Assembly: GCA_023435925.1 (NCBI GenBank)
Contig: JAEZLF010000063.1
Span: forward strand, 496 to 64,495
Length of the DNA: 64,000 nucleotides
DNA from: Bacillota bacterium
GTDB lineage: Bacteria; Bacillota; Clostridia; Acetivibrionales; DTU013
Reading direction: 5' to 3'
Positions 40,101 through 49,414 of this stretch are shown piece by piece (positions within the stretch are counted from its first letter, which is position 1; every line of letters begins with the position of its first letter). The notes beneath the pieces are model-generated. The model did not search any database and was not told the origin of the DNA. It worked only from the letters and a program-made list of their open reading frames with translations. The translations under genes and the position numbers were made by a program.

Positions 40101-40877
40101 ATGATAATGAATAATCTATCATCAATTTATAGTTACAAATATAGACAAATTATGATATTATTAAGTATATTGATTAGTGTAAATAAGTTTATATGGGGAA
40201 GGTTCTCTATGGGTAATGATGGTATTGATATTTATGAATTTGCCTATAAATTAAGCTATAAAAAAGATAAACGTAAGCTTTTCGTGATAGGGCTTGGAAT
40301 TATATATTCATTTGATTTGATATTCTTCTTAATTCTTAAAAACGTTATAAAAATAAATTCCATCATTAGTTTTCTTATTATTTTTGTATCCATCTGTACG
40401 TACCCATTTTTAATTGGGATAATAAGATCTTTCTTCCCATTTCATGAAAGAAAGATTGAAAATAAGAAGTTAGGTGAATCTTCAAAAGCTATTGAGGATG
40501 CTATAAAGAATTATTTCAATGAATCATTTGTAGATCAAAATGACATAGTATGTCGTGCAAAACAAGCGAGTGCGTATTTAATTAATACAGGAATAATTAT
40601 TTCTGATTTGCAGAAAGAGATGGAAGAAAGAAATAGAGCACTTGAGAGCTTGTTATCAACCATTGAGACAAGGAAACAAGATGCTGAGTATTACGCCCAA
40701 TTAGCAGCTTTAAATGAGCAATTAGCAGCGCCCTTGATGAAAGAGATTGAAAAAGTCATAAGAAATGAGTTCGAGCTAAAAGAAAAACAAAAAAGAGTGT
40801 TTAATATTCTTATTTGGATAGTTACCTTAATTGCGGGTGGAATTGTAGGGGTATTATTTCAAATATGGTTTTCATAA
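40101..40877 (+). CDS. hypothetical membrane protein with coiled-coil segment
   Basis: It has 2-3 N-terminal TM helices, a central helical E/K/Q-rich region and a C-terminal TM helix. A likelier start is ATG 40209 (MGNDG), behind GGGGAAGG. Confidence 0.4.
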   Translation: MIMNNLSSIYSYKYRQIMILLSILISVNKFIWGRFSMGNDGIDIYEFAYKLSYKKDKRKLFVIGLGIIYSFDLIFFLILKNVIKINSIISFLIIFVSICTYPFLIGIIRSFFPFHERKIENKKLGESSKAIEDAIKNYFNESFVDQNDIVCRAKQASAYLINTGIIISDLQKEMEERNRALESLLSTIETRKQDAEYYAQLAALNEQLAAPLMKEIEKVIRNEFELKEKQKRVFNILIWIVTLIAGGIVGVLFQIWFS

Positions 40878-41094
40878 ATACTACAAGATGTTTGGATTGA
40901 TGTTGCTTTGAAAGATATAGAAGAAGCTAAAAGAAAAATTGATGAGATTCCTAAACAGCACCCGTTTGAGTTAAGATATCATGTAAATGTCGGTAAGGTA
41001 GATTGGGAGAGATGCGTTAATGTGCTGGATGGTAAGGAAAAACGTAAGTATTTGATGAATGGATGGAGATAAATCGGTAGAGGGGTAAGAAAAG

Positions 41095-41325
41095 ATGGCT
41101 AAAGTTAGTAAAATAAGTAAGATTGAGAAGAATAGGGATTCCATACATGTTGATGTTGAATGTACCTATAGCGTGTTTGAGAACTTTGGGAAGAAATATT
41201 TCCAGATAGACACATATGGTACAGAACAAAGACAAGTGAAAAACCAACCGAGTCAGAAGATTCAGTTTGATAAAGAATTTGCAGTTCAATTAATTGATAT
41301 ATTAAAAAAGGAATTTAACTTGTAA
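41095..41325 (+). CDS. hypothetical small protein
   Basis: 76 aa, AGGGGTAAG RBS, no recognisable motif. Confidence 0.35.
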   Translation: MAKVSKISKIEKNRDSIHVDVECTYSVFENFGKKYFQIDTYGTEQRQVKNQPSQKIQFDKEFAVQLIDILKKEFNL

Positions 41326-41421
41326 AGAGGGCTATAACTCTTTGCTCCAGATGCAACTTAGGGAAAAGAGATATGATGCTATGAGATTCTGTCCATATTA
41401 TACTATGAGCACAATCATGAA

Positions 41422-41784
41422 AATAATCTTGAGGAGATTATAATATGCCCACGATCCACTACAACAAACTTATCCGCGACAAAATCCCTGAAATTATCGA
41501 AAAATCCGGCAAAAAGCCGATTACAGAAATACTTGATGCCGAAGCCTATAAAAAGCACCTTGACCTAAAACTCAGTGAGGAGCTTCAAGAATATCTTAAA
41601 GACGATGATGTCAATGAGTTGGCCGATCTGGTTGAGGTGGTTTATGCGATCCTGAAACACAAAGGCATTGGGCTGGACGATTTTGAGCAGATCCGTAGAA
41701 AGAAGGCAGAGGAGCGGGGAGCATTTGATAAAAGGCTGCTGCTAAAAGAAGTCAAAGACTAAATCATGAGTTATTGTCAGACAG
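41422..41784 (+). repeat. 363-bp direct repeat, copy 2
   Basis: See copy 1. In this copy the helicase reading frame continues intact beyond the repeat. Confidence 0.9.
41445..41762 (+). CDS. MazG-like all-alpha NTP pyrophosphohydrolase (copy 2)
   Basis: 95 of 105 residues are identical to copy 1. The stop lies 3 nt before the helicase ATG. Confidence 0.7.
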   Translation: MPTIHYNKLIRDKIPEIIEKSGKKPITEILDAEAYKKHLDLKLSEELQEYLKDDDVNELADLVEVVYAILKHKGIGLDDFEQIRRKKAEERGAFDKRLLLKEVKD

Positions 41785-44054
41785 GGGGAGTCGGTGTGGA
41801 GAATGAAGTGAGGTATACAACCAGCCTTGCCAGCGTAGCAGAGGATTTATTTGTAGAATTATTCTGCGAAGCATTCGGGCCGGACAAGACACAATATCTT
41901 TCTGTGCAGCATCCCTTTGTAGATATCTACGGAAATAGAAGATACATAGATTTCGCACTTGAAAGTGATGTCTTAAAGCTTGCTATAGAGATCGATGGTG
42001 AGAGATTTCATAATCCTCAGAAGGTTTCTGGTAATAAGTACCATGATGACCTTCTGAAACAAAACAGTCTGATCTATAACGACTGGAAGGTTTACAGATG
42101 GGCATATGTTCAATTGAAAAGGCAGCGGGAAAAGGTAAAGGACGAACTATTCACTTTTGTTGGTGAAATGCCGCAGTTCAGGATGCTGGATGATTATCTG
42201 CCAAAACAGAAGGGAAAAACATTTGAACTGAAGAATCATCAGCAAGCAGCCATAGATAACCTGCAAAAGATGAGGGAGAATGGAGAAAGCATTGCACTTC
42301 TATACCATGCAACAGGGGTCGGGAAAACGGTTACTGCCGTAAGCGATGCCCGGAAAGTAGGCAAAAGAACGTTATTCCTCGCCCACACCAGGGAGCTTGT
42401 GAAACAAGCGAAAAATACGTTTGAGAGCATTTGGACGGATAAGCAAACCGGCATGTATGTAGCGGAACAAAAAAGCGAGGATGCATACATTGTATGTGCA
42501 AGCATTCAAAGTGTTGCTCAAAACCTCGATCATTTCAAACCGGATGACTTTGGATATGTAATTATTGATGAATGCCATCACGGTACAGCGGAGACCTATA
42601 GAAAAATATTAGGTCACTTCAAGCCGGAGTTCACTCTTGGTTTGACTGCAACACCAGAAAGAGCGGATGGTGAAGACTTACTGGAGTTGTTTAAGAACAT
42701 AGCGCACAAGCTTGATTTAAAAACTGCCGTTGAGATGGGTGAACTGTCGCCCATCCGCTGTATTCGCGTTAAAACAAATGTTGACCTGTCAACTGTTCGC
42801 ATTAACGGTATTAAATATTATTCTCAGGATCTTGAAAGTAAGCTCTTTGTTCCGGAAAGAAACAGAATAATTATTGACACATACCTACAGTATGTGAAGA
42901 ATAGGAAGACGGTTGTGTTTTGTGCGTCGGTGAAGCATGCAGAGGAAATTGCCGGATTATTCAGGGAAAATGGAGTGAAATGCGAAGCAGTTTCGGGAAC
43001 GCTCAGAGCGTCGGAAAGAGAACGGATTCTGGAGAATTATGAAAACGGAGAAATTTATGTTCTATGCGCATGTGACCTACTGAATGAGGGATGGGACAGC
43101 CCTAAGACAGAAGTATTGCTCATGGCAAGGCCCACCATGTCTAAAACTTTGTATATGCAGCAGCTGGGACGTGGAATGAGAAAATGTGAGGGCAAGGAAT
43201 ATCTTATGGTATTTGATTTCATCGATAATGCGAATATGTTCAACACTCCATATTCCATCCACAGACTGTTGAATTTGAAAGAGTACAGACCTGGACAAAT
43301 GGTATTGGCTCCGCAAAAGCAGCTGGAGCTTGATAAAGATTTGCTGGCAAAAGGCGAAAAGCCTGAGGTGTATTTGGACTTTCCCATTGATGTTGCAGAT
43401 TATGAACTAATCGATCTTTTTAACTGGCAGGATGAAGTAAAGGATATGATTTCCCAGCTCGAGTTTGTCAGAATGGTAGATATTCAATCAGAGACCATTG
43501 AAAAGTACATCCGGGATAGGAAGATAAAGCCCGATCTGGAGGTTCCCGTAGGTGATAAACGCAGTTTCAAATATTTCAAGGAAGATACTGTGAAGAAATA
43601 CGCATCGGAATTCAAGTGGGAACTTATAACAGCAGCCAATATGAAAGATAAATTTATGCAAATGGTTAAGACCATGGATATGAGCTTTTCTTATAAACCA
43701 GTGCTGTTAAAGGCCATGTTGGAACATGTGGATGAAAACGGAAGAGTTCGTGTTGAAGATATCATTGACTTCTTTATAGACTTTTATGGTAACCGAAAAG
43801 ATAAAGGACTTTTTGTTGAAAAGAAGTCCAGTGTATTCTGCAGGGACGGATTTACGCGAAAGGACGTAGAGCGTAATGTTTTTGCTAATCCTTTTAAAAG
43901 ATTCGAAGATATGCGGTTTATGAAGCGATGCAGGGAGATTGAGTATGTTGAGTTTAATAAGCATGTGTTTAAGAAGCTGACTAAAGTGGATATGGCGTGG
44001 ATTAAGGTATACTGTGATGAGAAATTGGGGGAGTATTATGGGAGATACATATGA
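41766..44054 (+). CDS. Vsr/DUF559-like endonuclease domain + SF2 (ResIII/DEAH) helicase + unknown C-terminal domain
   Basis: The N-terminus reads RRYIDFALESDVLKLAIEIDGERFH...NDWKVYRW, the DUF559 pattern. Helicase motifs are HATGVGKT, IIDECHHG, GLTATPER and QQLGRGMR. The last roughly 200 aa (SFSYKPVLLKAMLEHVDENGRVRVEDIIDFF...) are unassigned. Confidence 0.8.
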   Translation: MSYCQTGGVGVENEVRYTTSLASVAEDLFVELFCEAFGPDKTQYLSVQHPFVDIYGNRRYIDFALESDVLKLAIEIDGERFHNPQKVSGNKYHDDLLKQNSLIYNDWKVYRWAYVQLKRQREKVKDELFTFVGEMPQFRMLDDYLPKQKGKTFELKNHQQAAIDNLQKMRENGESIALLYHATGVGKTVTAVSDARKVGKRTLFLAHTRELVKQAKNTFESIWTDKQTGMYVAEQKSEDAYIVCASIQSVAQNLDHFKPDDFGYVIIDECHHGTAETYRKILGHFKPEFTLGLTATPERADGEDLLELFKNIAHKLDLKTAVEMGELSPIRCIRVKTNVDLSTVRINGIKYYSQDLESKLFVPERNRIIIDTYLQYVKNRKTVVFCASVKHAEEIAGLFRENGVKCEAVSGTLRASERERILENYENGEIYVLCACDLLNEGWDSPKTEVLLMARPTMSKTLYMQQLGRGMRKCEGKEYLMVFDFIDNANMFNTPYSIHRLLNLKEYRPGQMVLAPQKQLELDKDLLAKGEKPEVYLDFPIDVADYELIDLFNWQDEVKDMISQLEFVRMVDIQSETIEKYIRDRKIKPDLEVPVGDKRSFKYFKEDTVKKYASEFKWELITAANMKDKFMQMVKTMDMSFSYKPVLLKAMLEHVDENGRVRVEDIIDFFIDFYGNRKDKGLFVEKKSSVFCRDGFTRKDVERNVFANPFKRFEDMRFMKRCREIEYVEFNKHVFKKLTKVDMAWIKVYCDEKLGEYYGRYI

Positions 44055-44183
44055 CTATGTCATGCAAAGGTGAACCAATAAAGCTGCATCAGGTTCAATA
44101 TAACAGCCTGTGTTTGCAATCAATGGGATTAAGGATATTGATGAGCCCAATGGAGTACTGAAACGTGGTGGAGGTGTATTTTT

Positions 44184-44792
44184 ATGTCGAAGATATCAAC
44201 ATCAGCAGATACTAAGAAAAACACTTTGGATAGATATGAAGCACTAAAAACATTAGTGGTTGATAGAAAAACTCAGTTTGACAGGCTTATTGCGTTTATG
44301 GAAAATGAGACAACTTGGCTGACTTCGCCGGCGAGTACGAAGTACCACCTTTGTAAAGAAGGTGGATTGCTTGAGCATTCTGTCAACGTTGCTGAATCCA
44401 TGTTAAAGATCAGAGAAGCATTAGCTCCGGAAATCAGTGAAGAGAGCTGCGTTATTGTATCTTTAATTCATGACCTGGGGAAGGTTGGAATGCCTGGGAA
44501 TCCACAATATCTGATTAATGAACCGTCAGAGAAACAGCTAAAGTACGGATACAAGCCCGATGCACCATACAGGTTTAATAAAGATCTCACTTATTTGAGT
44601 GTGCCCATCAGGAGTCTTTTCCTGGCTTCGAAATATATAGACCTAACAGAACAAGAGGTACAAGCCATTGTTTATCATGATGGACAATATGTAGAGGACA
44701 ATCGATCAGTTGCTAAAAATGAGGAACCGCTGACATTACTGTTGCAATATGCAGATAGCTGGAGCGGGTTTGTGGCGGAAAAGGAAAGGTGA
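44184..44792 (+). CDS. HD-superfamily hydrolase, YhaM-type HD domain without OB fold
   Basis: SPASTKYHLCKEGGLLEHSVNV and LIHDLGKV (the HD motif) resemble the HD module of YhaM-type 3'-5' exonucleases. 202 aa. Confidence 0.75.
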   Translation: MSKISTSADTKKNTLDRYEALKTLVVDRKTQFDRLIAFMENETTWLTSPASTKYHLCKEGGLLEHSVNVAESMLKIREALAPEISEESCVIVSLIHDLGKVGMPGNPQYLINEPSEKQLKYGYKPDAPYRFNKDLTYLSVPIRSLFLASKYIDLTEQEVQAIVYHDGQYVEDNRSVAKNEEPLTLLLQYADSWSGFVAEKER

Positions 44793-45448
44793 GACACTGT
44801 GCAAATTGACTTTATAGATTTTTCTTAGGATGAAAGAAATAGAGTATTAGCTACTTTAAGGTTGTTTGGAACACAGACAGCATTGGAAATATTCTTGAGC
44901 ATCGCTAAAAAGCCATTGGCATTTCAGAGAGTAAGACATTTAGATTGATCAATGTTCTATACTGTTCGAAACTGAACTAAGCAGATCTGAATATGTGATA
45001 TTGGAGGTCTTGTTGAAATGAATGAGCGTTATTTGACTAAATCGAGGTTTATTGCCGGAGAGTGTTATTGAAGAATATAAGCACTGCATACAGGAGATTT
45101 TGGAGCAATATCCATAATCGTGTCATAGTCCGTTTTATTGTACACACTATTTGACACAATGGGTGAAACAGGAAATCTACCAGCCGTGATGAATGTTATA
45201 CGAGACCCTGAATATGAGAAGCTGAATGATGAATGAGCAAGAATAAAAATCAACTTGCCGAACTTATTGAAGACAGGGACGATACTGTCAGTGCAAGATT
45301 CATGGATACAAGAAAGCTTATATATGGAATTGTGCAGGATAGGGAAAAGGAAGGAAACTGGCTCAAGATGCGCAAAGATATATTTGAAGTATTAGATTGC
45401 CGCCTTAATGTACAGGATATTTTATAAAATTATTTATGGGGTGTTGAA

Positions 45449-45605
45449 ATGGCGCAGTATTTAGTTGAACGATACTCAGAAATGATAAAAAGTATTGATA
45501 AAGCAAATTTGAGAATACGAAATGAAAACAATAAGCGAAAATGAGACCTCCTGGCTTACTTCCCCTGCGAGTACAAAATTTCATTTATGGAAGGGGAATC
45601 TGTAA
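45449..45605 (+). pseudogene. frameshifted 5' fragment of a paralogous YhaM-type HD gene
   Basis: One frame reads MAQYLVERYSEMIKSIDKAN...; the next frame reads ENETSWLTSPASTKFHLWKGNL*. This is colinear with residues around 15-60 of the 44184 gene (ENETTWLTSPASTKYHLCKEGGL). It is cut off where the next gene begins. Confidence 0.55.
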
Positions 45606-46588
45606 TGGACTTTCAATTAAAACAAGAGGTGATACAAAGTGAACTTTTTAAAGGTAAATGTGGAGGGCAATTTAACTCTGCTGAATATCCTTATGTCTTA
45701 AGAGAAGAACATAGAAAAGAAAACTTATATACAGATATTGCTGATAGTGCTATAAAGTATTTTAAAGAAAATAGAATTGTTTGGTGGCGAGGTAAAGACG
45801 GTTTACCTACCAACCATACATTATCTTCACAAGTTGCATGTCTCAATCATCTATTTTGGATAAGAGACAATCAAAAAGCTGCGACAAGCGTTTTAAAGCA
45901 GATAGACAAGGATTTCGTTACGATAAAGTTTCCAAATTCAGATTTAAATTCAGAGAATTATGTTGAATTTGAATTAAATGGATATGATAAAAGTCAGGGG
46001 AACTTACTAGGCGAGAAAGGAAGTGCCAGAGGGGCAAACACAACGTCTATCGATGCGGCAATGTTGGCTATGAAAGATAATAAAATTATACTAATATTTA
46101 TTGAATGGAAATATGTTGAACATTACCATAGGAGAATAGATGCACTGAAAGCTGAACCCAAATATGAAGTTCAAAAAAAGACATATAAGAATCTTCTGTT
46201 AAGTGATGATAGCCCAATTATCCTAGATAAAATAAGAAATAAATTGAACCTGGATTTTGATTTGGCTTATCAGAAATTTTCTGTAGAGCCGTTCTATCAG
46301 TTAATGCGACAAACCTTGCTGGCTTGGAGATTGAGCTGTGTAAAAAGGTATGGAGCAGAAGACTATCTACATATTCATGTTATTCCTAAAGATAACAAAA
46401 AGCTATTGCTATGCAAAACTTCTCCTGAAATCACTGAAGGGTATAGCGATATTCGATCTGCATGGGCAGCACAACTTAAAAATCCAGCAAAGTATATACA
46501 TATGGATCCATCTGAGTTAATTGGACATGCAGCTTTTGAGTACAACAAGGGTTTATATGAGTATTTGAACAATAGATACTGGAGATGA
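45605..46588 (+). CDS. hypothetical protein, possible PD-(D/E)xK nuclease
   Basis: The start is set at ATG 45605, behind AAGGGGA. The candidate motif is SIDAAMLAMKDNKIILIFIEWKY (D...E-x-K). There is no other recognisable domain. Confidence 0.35.
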   Translation: MDFQLKQEVIQSELFKGKCGGQFNSAEYPYVLREEHRKENLYTDIADSAIKYFKENRIVWWRGKDGLPTNHTLSSQVACLNHLFWIRDNQKAATSVLKQIDKDFVTIKFPNSDLNSENYVEFELNGYDKSQGNLLGEKGSARGANTTSIDAAMLAMKDNKIILIFIEWKYVEHYHRRIDALKAEPKYEVQKKTYKNLLLSDDSPIILDKIRNKLNLDFDLAYQKFSVEPFYQLMRQTLLAWRLSCVKRYGAEDYLHIHVIPKDNKKLLLCKTSPEITEGYSDIRSAWAAQLKNPAKYIHMDPSELIGHAAFEYNKGLYEYLNNRYWR

Positions 46589-46632
46589 AAAGGAGAAATA
46601 ACTATTAAATGTAAAATCGGGAATTTCTATGG

Positions 46633-46833
46633 TTGCCTCTAGGCAGAGTTATCGGAGATGCTTTGGGGTATTCGGTAGAGTTTATGAGTATTGGTGAAAT
46701 AAAGGATAGGTTTGGAGCCGAGGGGATAACCGATTTGCTTTGCGATAAGGTGAGTGGCAAGGCAATTATATCGGATGATACACAGATGACGATGTTTACT
46801 GTTGGAAGGTATTCTGTGGGCGGATATGCGTGA
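46633..46833 (+). pseudogene. N-terminal fragment of an ADP-ribosylglycohydrolase
   Basis: IGDALGYSVEFMSIGEIKDRFGAEGITDL...ISDDTQMTMFT matches the ARH/DraG N-terminal metal-site block. The frame stops after 66 aa, whereas a full-length protein would be about 300 aa. Confidence 0.6.
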
Positions 46834-46999
46834 ATAGGAAAGAGGAATTTGCAGTTATCCTGCATGTGTTTTCTTCTCATATCAAAGATGGCTCTACACT
46901 CAGACAGGTAGATTAGCAAGTAAAGGCAACTTTGGATTGTTGAAAGAGAAAGCTGTTGTATAGTTGAATTACATCAATAGATAAAATGGGGGGAGTAAA

Positions 47000-49357
47000 A
47001 TGACTGAATATAAGCTATCAGAACCAATCGACTTATTAAAAACTGATCTGGACAATAAAAAGCTCCATAAACACCAAACAGAGGCAATAGAAGGGTTGAA
47101 TAGGTATTTTGATCTCACATTAAAATCAGATGCTGGACAAAACGGGTTACTTGTAATGCCAACGGGAAGTGGTAAGACATTTACAGCAGTGAATTGGTTG
47201 CTTGATAGAACTGTCTCGCAGGGCTTTAAAGTTTTGTGGCTTGTTCACAGGCAAGAACTTATTGAACAGACAGATAGGACTTTTAGAAAGCAGGCCCCGA
47301 TACTTATACAACATGGCTTTAAAAAGTTGAGAGTTATTCCGGTATCAGGTGGGCATCTTTCAATGTCACAAGCTTCAAGGTATGATATAAACATTTGCGG
47401 TATAGGTTCAGTGGCTAGTAAAAATGGTATGAGATACCTCCGCAGAATGTTGGGAACCAATGGTAAAGAAAAGTTAGTAGTTGTAATTGATGAAGCGCAC
47501 CATGCTGTGTCTCCGTCATATAGAAAGGTAATGCAAAGAATATCAGAAATTAATCCGAAAAGATTATTGCTTGGACTCACAGCGACTCCTTATCGTATGC
47601 AGGATGTTGAGCAGGGGCAACTTCTGAGGATGTTCGATGTTAATAGCAATATAAAAAATAAAAAAGGCACTAACAAAGGGTACATATATGAAGTAACTTT
47701 GCGGGAATTACTTCTCGCTGGTTTTTTGGCTGAGCCTATATATAAAAGAATTGAAACACAAATAAATGGTGATACTGAGTTCGATTTAACTCAAGAAGAT
47801 GAAGCCTTTTTCGAGAGATTTGGAGAACTTTCCGAATACCTTAAAGAGCAACTTGCAAAATCGGCTACTCGTAATCAGCTAATAGTTGACGAATATATAA
47901 AGCATAAAGACAAATATGGGAAAACACTTGTTTTTGCTGTAAATCGCTTGCATTGCGTTACTCTGGCAAAAGCATTTCTTCAAGCAGGTATTTCCTGCCG
48001 TTATTGTATGTCGGGCGAACCGGGTGTACAGGAAACAATAGAAGATTTCAAAGCTAATAAATTCGAGGTGCTTATAAATGTTCAGATCCTGACGGAGGGA
48101 AGCGACGTACCGGACATTCAAACGATTTTTTTAGCGAGACAAACCAACAGCGATTCCTTGCTTATGCAGATGATAGGTAGAGGATTAAGGGGACTTGATG
48201 CTGGGGGCACAAAGTTTGCCTATATTGTTGATTTCCATGATACTTGGGAAAAATTCAATTTCTGGCTTGATCCCAAGAAGCTCATAATTGATGAGTTCGG
48301 CGAAGTAAAGGAGACAGTTGGCGAATATGATGAACCTTTGAATGATGAATCAAATGAAGATACGATTGATTCTGATAATAATTCATTACATATTATTCCT
48401 GAAGAGAATTACTCTATGTGGGACTTATATTTAAGAATGTATAATGCCATGAAAATGAATTTAACCGGCATTTCACATAATGAGATTTTCCCACAAGGCT
48501 GGTATGCTGTTGTCAACAATGACGGAGAAGATACTAAAGTCCTTGTCTTTGATAATCAAGCCGCAGGCTATGAGCTGATTTCAAAAGATGTTAATTGCCT
48601 GTTGAAAAATAAACCCTCTGCGCAAACTGTGATAAAGAAATATTTTGATGTTGAAGAGAATCTTCCACGGATTGATGAAGTACAGTTAATAGTAGATATG
48701 CTCTATGAAACAGGCGAAATGCCGCTTTTTTACACTTTCAAGCAAAGAGACGAGGTCGATGCTAAGAGGATTGCAAAGAATCTCATAGAACAGGACTTGA
48801 AGAGATCAGAGGAAGAATATAGATTGAAAGAACTGTTTGACACAACTCCAATAATTAAAGAACTTTATAAGACTTTTTATGTTTTTAAACAGAGTGTTCG
48901 TGATTCTATTGAAAAAATATCTGATGGAGATTCTATTGAGCCTCAAATTGTGAGTATCGACGATAGAGCGGAGTTCAATATTATTGATGATTACTTCAAT
49001 CTGGAAGAGCTTTATAATGAAGTAGTTGAGAAATGGTTTCCAAATGGAGTAAAGCCTGAAATAAGATGGAGTAATAAGCCACTAAGAAGCAGATATGGCC
49101 TATGTACAAAACATGATGATGGCAGCTTTGTAATAGCAATAAATAGATTACTCTGTTCACCTGATGTTTCACCCGAGGTAGTAAAGTATCTGCTATACCA
49201 TGAACTTTTGCATGCAAATGGATTTTGGAATCACAATGAAGCTTTCAGAACCGCCGAATGGGAATATCCCAATTCTGATGAACTTGATGGTTTTATAGAC
49301 GAGTTATTTTTGCGATACAAAATTGATGAGATTGTTCCTCCCAGGAGAAGAAAATAA
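47000..49357 (+). CDS. SF2 DEAH helicase fused to a C-terminal DUF45/YgjP-type (HExxH) metallohydrolase domain
   Basis: Helicase motifs are MPTGSGKT, VIDEAHHA, GLTATPYR and MIGRGLRG. The C-terminus reads IRWSNKPLRSRYGLCTKHDDGSFVIAINRLL...VVKYLLYHELLHANGFWNHNEAF, the DUF45 pattern. Confidence 0.8.
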   Translation: MTEYKLSEPIDLLKTDLDNKKLHKHQTEAIEGLNRYFDLTLKSDAGQNGLLVMPTGSGKTFTAVNWLLDRTVSQGFKVLWLVHRQELIEQTDRTFRKQAPILIQHGFKKLRVIPVSGGHLSMSQASRYDINICGIGSVASKNGMRYLRRMLGTNGKEKLVVVIDEAHHAVSPSYRKVMQRISEINPKRLLLGLTATPYRMQDVEQGQLLRMFDVNSNIKNKKGTNKGYIYEVTLRELLLAGFLAEPIYKRIETQINGDTEFDLTQEDEAFFERFGELSEYLKEQLAKSATRNQLIVDEYIKHKDKYGKTLVFAVNRLHCVTLAKAFLQAGISCRYCMSGEPGVQETIEDFKANKFEVLINVQILTEGSDVPDIQTIFLARQTNSDSLLMQMIGRGLRGLDAGGTKFAYIVDFHDTWEKFNFWLDPKKLIIDEFGEVKETVGEYDEPLNDESNEDTIDSDNNSLHIIPEENYSMWDLYLRMYNAMKMNLTGISHNEIFPQGWYAVVNNDGEDTKVLVFDNQAAGYELISKDVNCLLKNKPSAQTVIKKYFDVEENLPRIDEVQLIVDMLYETGEMPLFYTFKQRDEVDAKRIAKNLIEQDLKRSEEEYRLKELFDTTPIIKELYKTFYVFKQSVRDSIEKISDGDSIEPQIVSIDDRAEFNIIDDYFNLEELYNEVVEKWFPNGVKPEIRWSNKPLRSRYGLCTKHDDGSFVIAINRLLCSPDVSPEVVKYLLYHELLHANGFWNHNEAFRTAEWEYPNSDELDGFIDELFLRYKIDEIVPPRRRK

Positions 49358-49414
49358 ATATGATACCAGACCAATGAAATGAGAGATGAAAATTATGAGG
49401 AGATATGAGAGATA

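Noticed and set aside
41766-49357. Type I restriction HsdR assignment for the 762-aa and 785-aa DEAH helicases
   Set aside because: No hsdM or hsdS genes are present. The domain architectures (an N-terminal DUF559 fold, a C-terminal DUF45) differ from canonical HsdR.
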